Assembly: GCA_964515005.1 (NCBI GenBank)
Contig: CAZEVT010000003.1
Span: 12,815-76,814 of the forward strand
Length of the DNA: 64,000 nucleotides
Direction of reading: 5' to 3'
Source: an uncultured Gammaproteobacteria bacterium
Lineage (GTDB): Bacteria > Patescibacteriota > Microgenomatia > UBA10105 > UBA927
The position numbers and the translations under genes were made by a program. Shown here piece by piece: positions 9,804-20,213 of the stretch. The notes beneath the pieces were generated by a model. The model was given only the letters and a program-made list of their open reading frames with translations. It had not been told where the DNA came from and did no database searches. Each line of letters opens with the position of its first letter. Within the stretch, counting starts at the first letter, position 1.

Positions 9804-10840
9804 ACATTGCTATTGACACGTCACCTCTTCATACCGAGCACGGTAGGCGTGGCGTGGGGACCTACGCTAAGAATCTAATCGCTTCATTGAAACAGTACGC
9901 AAGTGAACATTCGTATACTTTATTTACCCGAAAACAAAATATACCCATTAATGCGGATATAGTCCATTATCCGTACTTTGATCCGTTTTTTTTGACGCTC
10001 CCCATCATTAAGCCAAAACCCACGGTCGTGACCGTCCATGATCTTACGCCGCTTGTATTTCCGGGCAAATTTCCCGCCGGGCTTCGCGGGGGGGTGAAAT
10101 GGCAAATTCAAAAACAGTCACTATTGGGAGCCAAAAGAATATTGACGGATTCGGAATATTCCAAACGCGACATCGAGAGAATAATCGGTATCTCCCCATC
10201 CCGCATAGACGCTATTCACCTGGCGCCGGATCCACAATTTATTCGGGTTACAGATGTCAAACTTTTGACGGCAGTCAAGAAAAAATTTGAACTACCTGAC
10301 CGCTTTGTGTTGTATGTTGGGGACGTCAACTGGAACAAAAACGTTCAAGGGCTTCTCAAGGCGTTCGCGCAGTTGGCGCCAAAGGCGAAGCTGGTATTGG
10401 TTGGTGCGGCTTTTACAAATCCGGGGCTTGCCGAAACCAAAGACATACAAAGAGTTATACAATCGCTGAATGTAGCCCAATCAGTAATACTTACTGGCTT
10501 TGTTTCGGGTCGGGAACTTTCGGCTCTTTATTCACTTGCGACCTGTCTTGTTCTCCCTTCTTTTTACGAGGGATTCGGATTCCCGATGCTCGAGGCTATG
10601 GCGTGCGGTTGTCCGGTGGTTACGGCGACTACCTCATCGCTTCGGGAAATAGCCGGTCCTGCCATTGGGGTTCAGCCGGAACGCATAGAGTCGATCGCAG
10701 AGGGGATGTCACACATATTTACTTTGACGCCGAGTGAGCGCGAAAAACTGGTAGGCGAGGGAGATGCATGGGTGAGGAGGTTCACCTGGAAGAAGACTGC
10801 ACGGCAAACGGTCGCCTCATATGAAAGGGCCATGCAGTGA
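9800..10840 (+). CDS. GT4 glycosyltransferase (MtfB-like mannosyltransferase type)
   Basis: GVGTY, TVHDL, LYVG, KN, PSFYEGFGFPMLEAMACG. Confidence 0.9.
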   Translation: MNIAIDTSPLHTEHGRRGVGTYAKNLIASLKQYASEHSYTLFTRKQNIPINADIVHYPYFDPFFLTLPIIKPKPTVVTVHDLTPLVFPGKFPAGLRGGVKWQIQKQSLLGAKRILTDSEYSKRDIERIIGISPSRIDAIHLAPDPQFIRVTDVKLLTAVKKKFELPDRFVLYVGDVNWNKNVQGLLKAFAQLAPKAKLVLVGAAFTNPGLAETKDIQRVIQSLNVAQSVILTGFVSGRELSALYSLATCLVLPSFYEGFGFPMLEAMACGCPVVTATTSSLREIAGPAIGVQPERIESIAEGMSHIFTLTPSEREKLVGEGDAWVRRFTWKKTARQTVASYERAMQ

Positions 10841-11523
10841 AAAAACTTTCGATTATTATTCCGGTCTATAACGAAGAGAAAACAGTCGCGGAAATTCTTA
10901 CCCGCGTTTGGCGGGCTCCGCTTGCCGGGTGGGAGAGGGAAATTATCGTCATCGACGACGGATCAACGGATACCACGAGGAAAATTTTAAAATCCTGGGA
11001 GAAAAAGGTGACCGTCCTGTATAGGTCGAAGAACGAAGGGAAGGGAAGCGCGGTAACGATGGGACTACGCAAATCTTCGGGCGATATTATCCTCATGCAG
11101 GATGCGGATCTGGAATATAGCCCGGATGATTACCCGGTACTCCTGACGCCATTTGAAAATGATCACGTCAACATTGTCTACGGCTCACGATTTCTAGGCC
11201 CCCATCTTTCGACCATGTTTATCTATGCCCAGGGGAACAAGTTTGTGACGCTCGTGACCAATCTCTTGTTTAATACAAACATTACCGATATGGAAACAGG
11301 ATATAAAGTGTTCCGGAAAAAAGTTCTTGAAGGTATAACTATTCGCGCCAAACGATTTGATGTTGAACCCGAGCTCACCGCCAAGGTGCTGAAGAAAGGG
11401 TATCAGATTTATGAAGTCCCCATATCCTATTTTGGTCGCAAGTTTTCAGAGGGAAAGAAGCTTACATGGAGAGACGGCGTCGTAGCGCTCTGGACGCTTA
11501 TCAAATTACGATTCGTAGACTAA
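10837..11523 (+). CDS. GT2 polyprenol-phosphate glycosyltransferase (DPM1-like)
   Basis: IPVYNE, DDGSTD, GKG, QDADLEY, VYGSRF, TDMETGYK; GTG start. Confidence 0.85.
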   Translation: MKKLSIIIPVYNEEKTVAEILTRVWRAPLAGWEREIIVIDDGSTDTTRKILKSWEKKVTVLYRSKNEGKGSAVTMGLRKSSGDIILMQDADLEYSPDDYPVLLTPFENDHVNIVYGSRFLGPHLSTMFIYAQGNKFVTLVTNLLFNTNITDMETGYKVFRKKVLEGITIRAKRFDVEPELTAKVLKKGYQIYEVPISYFGRKFSEGKKLTWRDGVVALWTLIKLRFVD

Positions 11524-11532
11524 CCAAGTTTT

Positions 11533-12792
11533 ATGCATCTTAGAGGATTAATTCAGAAAGTCATGTCGCATACTCTCGCCAAGAGTAGTGCAATTGTGTT
11601 TGCCGGAACCATGACGGCAAATGTTTTTGCGTACGTTTATCACCTGCTAATGGGAAGGCTTCTGGGTCCGGCTGGATACGGCGAGCTGTCATCGCTTATT
11701 TCTCTTTTGTACGTATTTTCCGTACCACTGACCGTTGCCAATACGGTAATTGTGAAATACGTTTCCGGTTTTAAGGCGCGAGGGGAAATGGGTCAGGCAA
11801 AATTCCTTTTTTTGAAGTTGACAAAGGTGTTCGCCGTAATTAGCATCATGGGATTTCCCATCGCATACATTGCGGCTCCGACTATCGCATCTTTTCTTCA
11901 TTTGAATTCCCCAGTATTATTTGTTTGGGTCTATCTTCTTTTGGTTTTATCACTTTTGACCGTGGCTGCACTCGGCACACTTACGGGATACCAGAAGTTT
12001 ATCTGGGTCAGCGTGCTTGGGGCTGCAGGACTTCTTCTTAAAGTGGTTTTGAGTATTCCTGCAGTTTCCTGGGGTGTATCCGGGGTTTTGGGCGCTGCGG
12101 TGCTCGCAAGTTTTGTGGGATACGTATGGTTTTTTATTCCGCTTCGGTTTATTCTTCGGGCGAAAGCAAAACCAACCGGGTTAACCGGGAGAGACGCATT
12201 TCGGTATGCGGTGCCGACTTTTCTGACGCTCTTGGGAATAACTTCGCTCTATTCAACAGATATCATTCTCGTGCGTCATTTCTTTGATATGGAAGCTGCG
12301 GGTTTGTACGCGGCACTTGCGGTTCTTGGAAAAATTATCTTTTATGCGTCATCGGCGGTAGGCGTCGTGCTGTTTCCGGTCGTCTCGGAACGCGTGGCGC
12401 GAGGTACTGCAACTCACAAGCTCATTGTGATTGCCGCAGGCAGCGTGGCTTTGCTCTCTCTGGTTCTTACGGCAATATATTTCGTTTTTCCCCATGTCAT
12501 CATAAGCCTACTCTTCGGTAATGCGTACGCGGGAGGTGCGCAGTACTTGGGGCTGTTCGGGGTGTTTCTGGCGCTTTTTTCAATCGGCAACATTATCGCG
12601 CTGTCGTGCCTGGCGCTAGGGAAAACCGGTATAGGAGTCGTCACTATGATTCCCGCGCTGCTCCAGATCGTGGGTATCGGTCTATTTCACGAGAGTATCT
12701 CCTCTGTTATACTTCTCAACATTGCGGTTTCTGCCTTATTTGTTCTTTTATCAGGCGGATATTATTTGAAGACAGCCTATGAAAAAGTTTAG
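11533..12792 (+). CDS. wzx: Oligosaccharide flippase (Wzx/MOP family)
   Basis: ~12 TM; RLLGPAGYG, DIILVRHFF, AGLYAA, LFP motifs. Confidence 0.8.
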   Translation: MHLRGLIQKVMSHTLAKSSAIVFAGTMTANVFAYVYHLLMGRLLGPAGYGELSSLISLLYVFSVPLTVANTVIVKYVSGFKARGEMGQAKFLFLKLTKVFAVISIMGFPIAYIAAPTIASFLHLNSPVLFVWVYLLLVLSLLTVAALGTLTGYQKFIWVSVLGAAGLLLKVVLSIPAVSWGVSGVLGAAVLASFVGYVWFFIPLRFILRAKAKPTGLTGRDAFRYAVPTFLTLLGITSLYSTDIILVRHFFDMEAAGLYAALAVLGKIIFYASSAVGVVLFPVVSERVARGTATHKLIVIAAGSVALLSLVLTAIYFVFPHVIISLLFGNAYAGGAQYLGLFGVFLALFSIGNIIALSCLALGKTGIGVVTMIPALLQIVGIGLFHESISSVILLNIAVSALFVLLSGGYYLKTAYEKV

Positions 12793-13570
12793 TCTTATCA
12801 TCCCGGTATACCGGCAGGAAAAAACCATTAAGAGAGATATAGAAGAAGTGTTGGCGACTCTCAAGGGTACCGGGCGCGACTTTGAAATTATTCCCGTTAT
12901 CGACGGGTGGCTGGATAATAGTCTCAAAGAGGCCAGGAAAGTCAAAGATTCACGCGTGCGCGTCGTAGGATACGCAACCAACCATGGAAAGGGGTACGCA
13001 GTACGATATGGATTTTCCGAGGCTCGAGGGGACGTTATCGGATTTAAAGATGGAGGGATGGACCTTAAAGTCAAAGCACTTCCTTTGATGCTTGCGCAAT
13101 TCGAATTTCAGCAGGCAGACATCGTTATCGGCAGTAAACGTCATCCGGATTCGAAAGTTGAATATCCGTTTATTCGGAGAATTATTTCGTGGGGTTACCA
13201 GAAGTTTGCTAAATTACTTTTCGGATTGGATGTGACCGATACGCAGGTAGGGATGAAAATCTACAAGCGGCGTGTCCTTGAAGACGTTCTTCCCAGACTC
13301 TTGGTAAAGCAATTTGCCTTTGATATTGAAATATTGGCCGTTGCCTACCATCTGGGGTACAAAAAGATTTTTGAGGCGCCGGTCGAGATAGACCTTTTTA
13401 CCTCAAAATCGAGTATTGTGTGGGAGAAAATGCTTAAGATTATCTTCAACGTGCTCAATGACACATTTGCGGTATTTTACCGCCTACGGATACGCCGCTA
13501 CTACGATGACGCGAGTAAACGGAAGTGGCGTTTTGATCCGGAACTGAATTTCCGCATAAACATCGGCTAA
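12779..13570 (+). CDS. GT2 glycosyltransferase (dolichyl/polyprenyl-phosphate glucosyltransferase-like)
   Basis: NHGKGYAVRYG, IGSKRHP, DTQVGMK, FAFDIEIL; atypical DGGMD in place of DxD. Confidence 0.8.
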   Translation: MKKFSLIIPVYRQEKTIKRDIEEVLATLKGTGRDFEIIPVIDGWLDNSLKEARKVKDSRVRVVGYATNHGKGYAVRYGFSEARGDVIGFKDGGMDLKVKALPLMLAQFEFQQADIVIGSKRHPDSKVEYPFIRRIISWGYQKFAKLLFGLDVTDTQVGMKIYKRRVLEDVLPRLLVKQFAFDIEILAVAYHLGYKKIFEAPVEIDLFTSKSSIVWEKMLKIIFNVLNDTFAVFYRLRIRRYYDDASKRKWRFDPELNFRINIG

Positions 13571-13573
13571 CCT

Positions 13574-14686
13574 ATGAACATCCTCATTCTCAACTGGAGG
13601 GATGTACGCCATCCAAAATCTGGGGGCGCGGAGCTTGTTACCATGGAGCACGCGAAAGGGTGGGTTGCTGCCGGTCATAGGGTCACGTGGCTTACCGCAA
13701 GCTACCCGGGAGCCGCAAAAGAGAGCATAGTCGAAGGCGTTCATTTTGTCAGACGTTGGGGGTCACTCTCCGTATATCTTTACGCGCCGATCTATCTTTT
13801 GGCCAATGCAAGACTTGTGGATGTCATTGTGGACGAAGTGCACGGTTTTCCATTTTTTTCTCCTTTGTTTACATGGAAGCCTGTGGTCGTGTTTATTCAT
13901 GAAATAGCGGGTGAAATATGGGATTATATGTTCCCATTTCCAAAAAATATCATCGGGAAATTTTTGGAGCGTTGGTATTTCCGGCTGTACAGACATTGTT
14001 TGTTTTGGACGGACGCGGACTCTACCGTCTCGGAGCTAGTCGAACGAGGGATTCCGCGCACGCAGTGTGTGGCAATACCATGCCCTGTTATCAGGGTACA
14101 GGGGACAGGGTACAGGGGACAGGAAAAAGAAAAGAGTCCGACGTATATTTTTGTTTCGCGAGTCGTCCGGATGAAAGGCGTAGAGGAAATCATTAAAGCG
14201 TTTTCTTTTATCGCGCGCGCGCAAGATGACGCGAGGCTGTGGATCGTTGGCCTTGGCGAACCTGCCTATATTGAGGAGTTGAATCGTATGATGCACGAAT
14301 ATAAGATACAACATCATGTTAAATTTTTTGGAAATGTTTCTGAAAAACGCAAATTTAATCTTATGGCGCGAGCACAACTTCTTTTGCATGCATCTGTGAA
14401 GGAAGGTTGGGGACTTGTTGTGCTGGAAGCGGCATCCATGGGGACTCCCGCAATCGTTTACAATGTGTCAGGCCTCAAAGACGTGGTGAAAAATGGCAGG
14501 ACTGGAATTGTCATTAAAAATAACTCTCCGCACGATATGGCAGAGGAAGCAGTCAAACTTATCGGTGACATGAAACGGTACCGCCAGTATCAAGAAAACG
14601 GAATGATATGGGTGAATAGCCTTAGATGGAAGGATGCCGTCGGCGAAAGCTTGCGGGTCCTTAAAAGAGTCCGTACTGTCCAATAA
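13574..14686 (+). CDS. GT4 glycosyltransferase
   Basis: LNWRDVRHPKSGGAE, MKG, SVKEGWGLVVLEA. Confidence 0.9.
   Translation: MNILILNWRDVRHPKSGGAELVTMEHAKGWVAAGHRVTWLTASYPGAAKESIVEGVHFVRRWGSLSVYLYAPIYLLANARLVDVIVDEVHGFPFFSPLFTWKPVVVFIHEIAGEIWDYMFPFPKNIIGKFLERWYFRLYRHCLFWTDADSTVSELVERGIPRTQCVAIPCPVIRVQGTGYRGQEKEKSPTYIFVSRVVRMKGVEEIIKAFSFIARAQDDARLWIVGLGEPAYIEELNRMMHEYKIQHHVKFFGNVSEKRKFNLMARAQLLLHASVKEGWGLVVLEAASMGTPAIVYNVSGLKDVVKNGRTGIVIKNNSPHDMAEEAVKLIGDMKRYRQYQENGMIWVNSLRWKDAVGESLRVLKRVRTVQ
14092..14126 (+). repeat. Heptamer tandem repeat CAGGG(T/G)A x4-5 in the GT-B interdomain linker
   Basis: CAGGGTA CAGGGGA CAGGGTA CAGGGGA CAGGAAA, encoding RVQGTGYRGQE. Confidence 0.85.
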
Positions 14687-14699
14687 GGAAGATTTGTTT

Positions 14700-14705
14700 T
14701 ATAAT
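14700..14705 (+). promoter_or_regulatory. Putative sigma70 -10 box TATAAT upstream of the aminotransferase
   Basis: Consensus hexamer in the short intergenic gap after 14686. Confidence 0.5.
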
Positions 14706-14716
14706 CAGTGCCTACT

Positions 14717-15832
14717 ATGAAGGTGCCTTTTGTTGATCTAAAAATTCAATACGCGCATCTAAAAACAGATATCGATCGCGCCGTTCGTGAAGTGTTCGTT
14801 GAGTCACAATTTATCAATGGGAAAGGCGTGTCGCTGTTTGAAAAAGAATTTGCCAAATATGTCGGTGTAAAGCATTGTATCGCATTAAACTCCGGCACCG
14901 ATGCACTCATTCTCGGTTTTCGTGCGCTTGGCCTTTCGTCGGGCGATGAAGTTATCGTGCCGGTCCATACGTACATTGCGACGGCTCTCGGCGCTTCCGA
15001 AAACGGCTTGCGCCCGGTTTTTGTGGACATGGACCCCATAGATTCCGGTATGGATCTGACAGACCTTAAGAAAAAAATTTCCCCGAAGACCCGCGCAATT
15101 ATTGCGGTTCATCTTTTTGGACAGCCGGAAAAGATGGATGAGTTGAAAAAAATCATCAAAAAAACCGGCAGGAAGATATATCTAGTTGAGGACGCGTGTC
15201 AAGCACATGGAGCACTATATAAAGGCAAGCACGCGGGTTCCTTCGGCGAATTTGCCGCCTTTTCTTTTTATCCGGGTAAAAATCTTGGAGCATATGGTGA
15301 CGCGGGAGCAGTTGTTACCAACAATGCAAATCTTGCCCGTAAGGTACGCCTCCTTCGTGAATATGGGCAGCGCAAAAAATACGTCCATGATACGGTTGGC
15401 GTGAATTCCCGTCTGGATACGCTTCAGGCGGCGTTTCTTCGGACAAAGTTGCCGTATCTTACCGCATGGAATAAAACCCGCCAGGCATGGGCCCAGTATT
15501 ATTCTGAGCGGCTTCGCGGGATTGTCGAGAAGACTCCTCCGTATTTTGCCGATAGGACAAGCGTATTTCATCTTTATGTGGTGCAAGTGCCCAGGCGCAA
15601 TGCGCTCATGCGGACGCTTCTCGCTCAAGGGATATTAACGCTTATTCATTATCCGACGCCGCTTCACTTGCAAAAGGCATACAAACATCTCGGATACAAA
15701 AAAGGCGATTTCCCGGAGGCAGAGAAAGCTTCCCGCCGGATTATTTCTCTTCCCATGTATCCGGATCTTACAAAAAAACAGGTTGATCTCGTCATTGCCG
15801 CGATAAAAAAATTCTATGGACGTTCAGTATGA
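14717..15832 (+). CDS. DegT/DnrJ/EryC1/StrS PLP-dependent sugar aminotransferase (FdtB-like)
   Basis: VPFVDL, NSGTDAL, EDACQAHGA, SFYPGKNLGAYGDAG, NSRLD; alternative GTG start at 14708. Confidence 0.92.
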   Translation: MKVPFVDLKIQYAHLKTDIDRAVREVFVESQFINGKGVSLFEKEFAKYVGVKHCIALNSGTDALILGFRALGLSSGDEVIVPVHTYIATALGASENGLRPVFVDMDPIDSGMDLTDLKKKISPKTRAIIAVHLFGQPEKMDELKKIIKKTGRKIYLVEDACQAHGALYKGKHAGSFGEFAAFSFYPGKNLGAYGDAGAVVTNNANLARKVRLLREYGQRKKYVHDTVGVNSRLDTLQAAFLRTKLPYLTAWNKTRQAWAQYYSERLRGIVEKTPPYFADRTSVFHLYVVQVPRRNALMRTLLAQGILTLIHYPTPLHLQKAYKHLGYKKGDFPEAEKASRRIISLPMYPDLTKKQVDLVIAAIKKFYGRSV

Positions 15833-16662
15833 AAAGTCCGAAAGTTTCCATAGTCATTACGACAAAAAATGAATCCGGGCACATTGAGCTGTGTCTGCAA
15901 AGCATTAAGGATCAAACATACCGCAATATAGAAATTATCGTAGTCGATAATGGATCGCGCGACCAAACGAAAGAGATAGCCAAACGTTATACTAAACGTG
16001 TATTTGATGCAGGCCCGGAGCGTTCAGCACAGCGTAATTTCGGTGCGAAAAAGGCGAGAGGGAGGTTCCTGTTGTTTCTCGATGCGGATATGATTCTGAC
16101 GCCGGATGTTGTGGCCCGATGCGCGAAGATAACTCAAAAAAACGATTACATCGCGGTGGTCGTACCCGAAAAGTCATTCGGAAGCGGGTTTTGGGCAAAG
16201 TGTAAAGCGCTAGAGCGATCCTACTATGAACACGTTGATTGGATAGAGTCGGCCAGGTTTTTCCAGAAAAAAGCATTTGATAGTATAGGCGGGTACGACG
16301 AAGCGCTTACGGGTCCCGAAGATTTTGAACTCCCCCAGCGAATAAAAGCACGTTTTGGGAATCATGCTGTAGGAAGAATTACTGCGTATATACTGCACGA
16401 TGAGGGAAAACTCTCTCTTGCGAAATTGCTTCGGAAAAAATACTATTACGGAATGCGGATGCGTCGGTACAGCCAAACACAAGGAAGCCGGGAATATTTC
16501 CAAAAGCAGTCAAACATTTTCTTGCGATACGAATTGTATTTTAAGCGCCCAGGTATGTTCATTCGCGACCCGCTCCACGCATTCGGTATGTTAATCATGA
16601 AGTTATTGGAGATGGTTGCCATGGCATTGGGAACTATTCAGAGAAGGGAGCACTATGCGTAA
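15829..16662 (+). CDS. GT2 glycosyltransferase
   Basis: VDNGSRD, ERSAQRNFG, FLDADM, GGYDE..GPED. Confidence 0.88.
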   Translation: MKSPKVSIVITTKNESGHIELCLQSIKDQTYRNIEIIVVDNGSRDQTKEIAKRYTKRVFDAGPERSAQRNFGAKKARGRFLLFLDADMILTPDVVARCAKITQKNDYIAVVVPEKSFGSGFWAKCKALERSYYEHVDWIESARFFQKKAFDSIGGYDEALTGPEDFELPQRIKARFGNHAVGRITAYILHDEGKLSLAKLLRKKYYYGMRMRRYSQTQGSREYFQKQSNIFLRYELYFKRPGMFIRDPLHAFGMLIMKLLEMVAMALGTIQRREHYA

Positions 16663-17590
16663 GACCGATAGAATATTCGTTGCAGGAGGGCAGAGTGGAT
16701 TGGTTGGCACTGCCATCATAAGGAGTCTACACTCCAAGGGATATACAAACATCATACTAAAAACGAGGAAAGAACTGGATTTGTTAAATCAAAAAGATGT
16801 GGAGAAGTTTTTTGCTGCCCATAAGCCGGATTACGTGTTTTTGGCAGCGGCCAAAGTGGGCGGCATCCTGGCCAACAGCACAAAGAAAGCGGATTTTATC
16901 TACGACAACATTCAGATTCAGACAAATGTAATCTATAGCGCCTGGAAGTACAAAACAAAGAAGCTGTTGTTTTTGGGGAGTTCGTGTATATATCCCAGAC
17001 TTGCCAAGCAACCGATCAAGGAAAGCTATTTTATGACCGGCCGCTTGGAGCCGACGAACGATGCATATGCGATAGCTAAAATAGCCGGTATCAAAATGTG
17101 TCAGTCGTTCAATGATCAATTCAAAACCAATTTCATATCCGTCATGCCGACAAACCTTTATGGACCGAACGACAACTTTGATCTGAATGATTCACACGTT
17201 CTACCTGCGATGATCCGAAAATTTCACGACGCGAAAACTGCTCACGCGAAAGAAGTGGTCTTGTGGGGAGATGGGAGCGCTAGAAGGGAATTTCTCTATG
17301 TTGATGATATGGCGGACGCGTGCGTCTACCTCATGGAGCATTACAACAACTCTGAGATTATTAATATTGGCTACGGGGGCGATCAAACGATAAAGTCGCT
17401 GGCGCAAACGGTAAAGCGTATCGTTGGCTTCAAGTATCAAATTCGCTGGGATAAAACCAAGCCAAACGGGACACCCCGAAAACAGCTTGATGTGACAAAG
17501 CTGTTTCGGTTCGGTTGGCGACCGACCGTAAAACTGGAAGATGGCATCCGGATGGAGTATGAGTGGTTTTTGCAAAATAGAGCACAATGA
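16655..17590 (+). CDS. fcl: GDP-L-fucose synthase
   Basis: GLVG, LAAAKVGGI.AN, LGSSCIYP, LEPTN..YAIAK, MPTNLYGP.DNF, SHVLPA, WGDG..RREF, GTPRK; ATG at 16655. Confidence 0.93.
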   Translation: MRKTDRIFVAGGQSGLVGTAIIRSLHSKGYTNIILKTRKELDLLNQKDVEKFFAAHKPDYVFLAAAKVGGILANSTKKADFIYDNIQIQTNVIYSAWKYKTKKLLFLGSSCIYPRLAKQPIKESYFMTGRLEPTNDAYAIAKIAGIKMCQSFNDQFKTNFISVMPTNLYGPNDNFDLNDSHVLPAMIRKFHDAKTAHAKEVVLWGDGSARREFLYVDDMADACVYLMEHYNNSEIINIGYGGDQTIKSLAQTVKRIVGFKYQIRWDKTKPNGTPRKQLDVTKLFRFGWRPTVKLEDGIRMEYEWFLQNRAQ

Positions 17591-18306
17591 ATCTCCTCAA
17601 ACGCTACGGACCCCTTCTTCTTATTTCCTTTATTGCGAGTGAGGGGTATGCGCTTCTCTGGCGCCGCCCGATACTACGATCCTTCAGTCAAAATAGGGAG
17701 GATCTCGTTCTCGACCGCCTTACCGGGCACAAAAAGCGTGGTTTTTATGTAGATGTGGGCGCGTATGATCCATACCGATTCAGTAACACCATGCGATTTT
17801 ACCTGCGCGGATGGCGGGGAATTAACATAGAGCCGGATACAGAGCGTTGGTTGCGGTTCCGAAAGACGCGGAGGCGCGATGTGAATCTGAATATTGGTAT
17901 AGCCGGGAGTCGCGGGAGACTCACATATTATCGTATCGATCCTGCGACGCTTTCCACATTCGAGGCCCGTCACGCGGCAGCATACCTAAGGCAGGGATTT
18001 ACCATTTTGGAGAAAATCAAGGTTGCCGTATTGCCTCTTCGAGATGTTTTTTTTGAGCATGCGAACGATGTACCTATAGACTTTATGAGCATAGATGTCG
18101 AGGGCATGGAGCAGAATGTATTGGCAAGTAACGACTGGAAACGCTTCCGACCCCATTTTCTCTGTATAGAATCTGCGGATTATTCAAAAAAAGGTGAATC
18201 CAAAGATGATAACAAAGACATCGTCGCTTTTCTCAAAAAAGTTGGGTATGCAAAGATCTTTGATAACGGATTAAATTCAATGTATACCGACACACACCAT
18301 GGATAA
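17587..18306 (+). CDS. FkbM-family methyltransferase
   Basis: SQNRED, YVDVGAYDP..FSNT, GWRGINIEP, IDFMSIDVEG. Confidence 0.88.
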   Translation: MNLLKRYGPLLLISFIASEGYALLWRRPILRSFSQNREDLVLDRLTGHKKRGFYVDVGAYDPYRFSNTMRFYLRGWRGINIEPDTERWLRFRKTRRRDVNLNIGIAGSRGRLTYYRIDPATLSTFEARHAAAYLRQGFTILEKIKVAVLPLRDVFFEHANDVPIDFMSIDVEGMEQNVLASNDWKRFRPHFLCIESADYSKKGESKDDNKDIVAFLKKVGYAKIFDNGLNSMYTDTHHG

Positions 18307-19177
18307 AGCATTTATTCAATTACTCGCATGCCCGAAGTGCAAAGGAAAAATTATATCGGTTGGGAAGGCACGGCTTCGTTGCAGCAATTGCAATATATAT
18401 TACTCGGTGAAGCACGGTATACCCGTGATGGTTGATTTGAAGCATCTGCCGGAACACTTGCGAGGACAGGTTTCTTATTTTAATGCTGAAGCTAAATCTT
18501 ACGGGATATCGTATACGATGGAAGACTGGCAAAAAAAATATATTGAGAGAATTTTCCGCCAGGTTGACCGAATCAAAGGAAAGATTTTAGTAGATGATGC
18601 TTGCGGGTCCGGCTATGTGACTATTGAGGCCGCCAAACGCGGCGTCCAGGTGATTGCATGTGACCTCAATTTAGTAGCGCTTACAAGACTCCGGCGATTG
18701 GCGCAAGATTTGGAGCTCACCGATAGGGTTTTTTTGGTTTGTTGCTCATCAGAAGCGCTTCCCATACGAAGCGCCAGCGCGGACCTGATCGTCGCGAATG
18801 CAATTTTGGAACACCTTCCGAACGAAAAAGAAGCGATTGCTGATATAACGCGGATTTCCAAAAAGGGCGCGGTTGCCATGATTACGGTGCCTATCGCATA
18901 TTACCTTCTGAATCCCTTGTTTCTAGTGGTAAATTATCTCCATGATAAACGAATAGGCCATTTACGACGGTATACAAAAGAATCGATTCTTGGGCGCTTC
19001 CGGGGGTGGAAGTTTGTGACCCTGTACTATACTGGGCACACGGTTAAAGTCCTGAAAACGCTTGTCAATCAGATCGCGCCCATATTTGATCCGCGGAACA
19101 TAGAGCAGGAAGACGAGAGACGTGCCTCTCAAAAATTGTTTGCGACTAACGTAAGCGTTCTATTACGAAAGCAATAA
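18299..19177 (+). CDS. Class I SAM methyltransferase with N-terminal Trm112-like zinc finger
   Basis: LLACPKCKG...CSNC..Y.V..GIPVM; DDACGSG; ILEHL; GHLRRYT. Confidence 0.85.
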   Translation: MDKAFIQLLACPKCKGKIISVGKARLRCSNCNIYYSVKHGIPVMVDLKHLPEHLRGQVSYFNAEAKSYGISYTMEDWQKKYIERIFRQVDRIKGKILVDDACGSGYVTIEAAKRGVQVIACDLNLVALTRLRRLAQDLELTDRVFLVCCSSEALPIRSASADLIVANAILEHLPNEKEAIADITRISKKGAVAMITVPIAYYLLNPLFLVVNYLHDKRIGHLRRYTKESILGRFRGWKFVTLYYTGHTVKVLKTLVNQIAPIFDPRNIEQEDERRASQKLFATNVSVLLRKQ

Positions 19178-19178
19178 C

Positions 19179-20213
19179 ATGGTAGACAAATTAGTTTCGA
19201 TTATTATCGTCAATTGGAACGGCATTAAATGGCTACCGGGGTGTTTTGGGTCGCTTGCGGCGCAGGACTACAAAAACCATGAAATTATTTTTGTCGATAA
19301 TGCCTCGAAGGATGAATCTGTATCGTGGGTTAGAAAACATTATCCAAAAACAAAAATTGTTATAAATAAAGAAAATCTCGGTTTTGCCGATGCCAATAAC
19401 GTAGGCTTCAGGAAAGCAAAAGGGAAATATATATTGTTTCTAAATAATGACACGAGGGTTACTAAAACATTCTTAAACGAGTTGGTGAAAGTTATCGAAA
19501 GCCACAAAAAAATTGCAGGAGTGCAAAGCAAAATTCTCCTCATGGACCATCCAGATACCCACGATAGCGTGGGCGCGTTTCTAACGCCGACGGGATTTCT
19601 TTACCACTATGGCTTTGGGAAAAAGGACCAAAAAAAATATGACAAGCAAATTGATCTTTATACCGCTAAAGGCGCCTGTATGATGTTTAAAAAAGTAGTT
19701 CTGGATCGAGTGACGGTGAATAGTGATATTTTCGACCCGGACTATTTTGCCTACTTTGAAGAATCTGACATGTGTCACAGGGTGTGGCTGGCGGGTTACA
19801 GGATCGTCTATGCCTACGATTCGGTAATTTACCATAAGATGGGCGCCACAAGCGCAGGCATGAATAATGCATTCATCCAGTATCATTCTTTTAAAAACAG
19901 GATCCGCTCATATCTCAAAAACTTCGGTACGCTATGGCTCTGGACCATTTTACCTGTTCATTTGGTGCTTTGCGAGATCTATGCGATCGCTTCGTATCTA
20001 CGGGGCAACTGGGCACTCGGATGGGCAATAGAGCGTGCCTACTGGTGGAATATAAAGCATTTTTCGGAAACGGTATCGATTAGGCGGAAAATCCAACGTG
20101 ATATTCGGATTGTTCCCGATTCGGCTATAGAAAACTTACTATTAGTTAGACCAAGACTTACCTATTATAAAAATCTAATTTCAGGGGACTTAGTTTCCTA
20201 TGAAGATAAGTAA
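19179..20213 (+). CDS. GT2 glycosyltransferase (WbbL/WfgS-like)
   Basis: IIIVNWNG, VDNAS.D, NLGFA..NN, FLNND, GACMM, YFEESD. Confidence 0.9.
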   Translation: MVDKLVSIIIVNWNGIKWLPGCFGSLAAQDYKNHEIIFVDNASKDESVSWVRKHYPKTKIVINKENLGFADANNVGFRKAKGKYILFLNNDTRVTKTFLNELVKVIESHKKIAGVQSKILLMDHPDTHDSVGAFLTPTGFLYHYGFGKKDQKKYDKQIDLYTAKGACMMFKKVVLDRVTVNSDIFDPDYFAYFEESDMCHRVWLAGYRIVYAYDSVIYHKMGATSAGMNNAFIQYHSFKNRIRSYLKNFGTLWLWTILPVHLVLCEIYAIASYLRGNWALGWAIERAYWWNIKHFSETVSIRRKIQRDIRIVPDSAIENLLLVRPRLTYYKNLISGDLVSYEDK

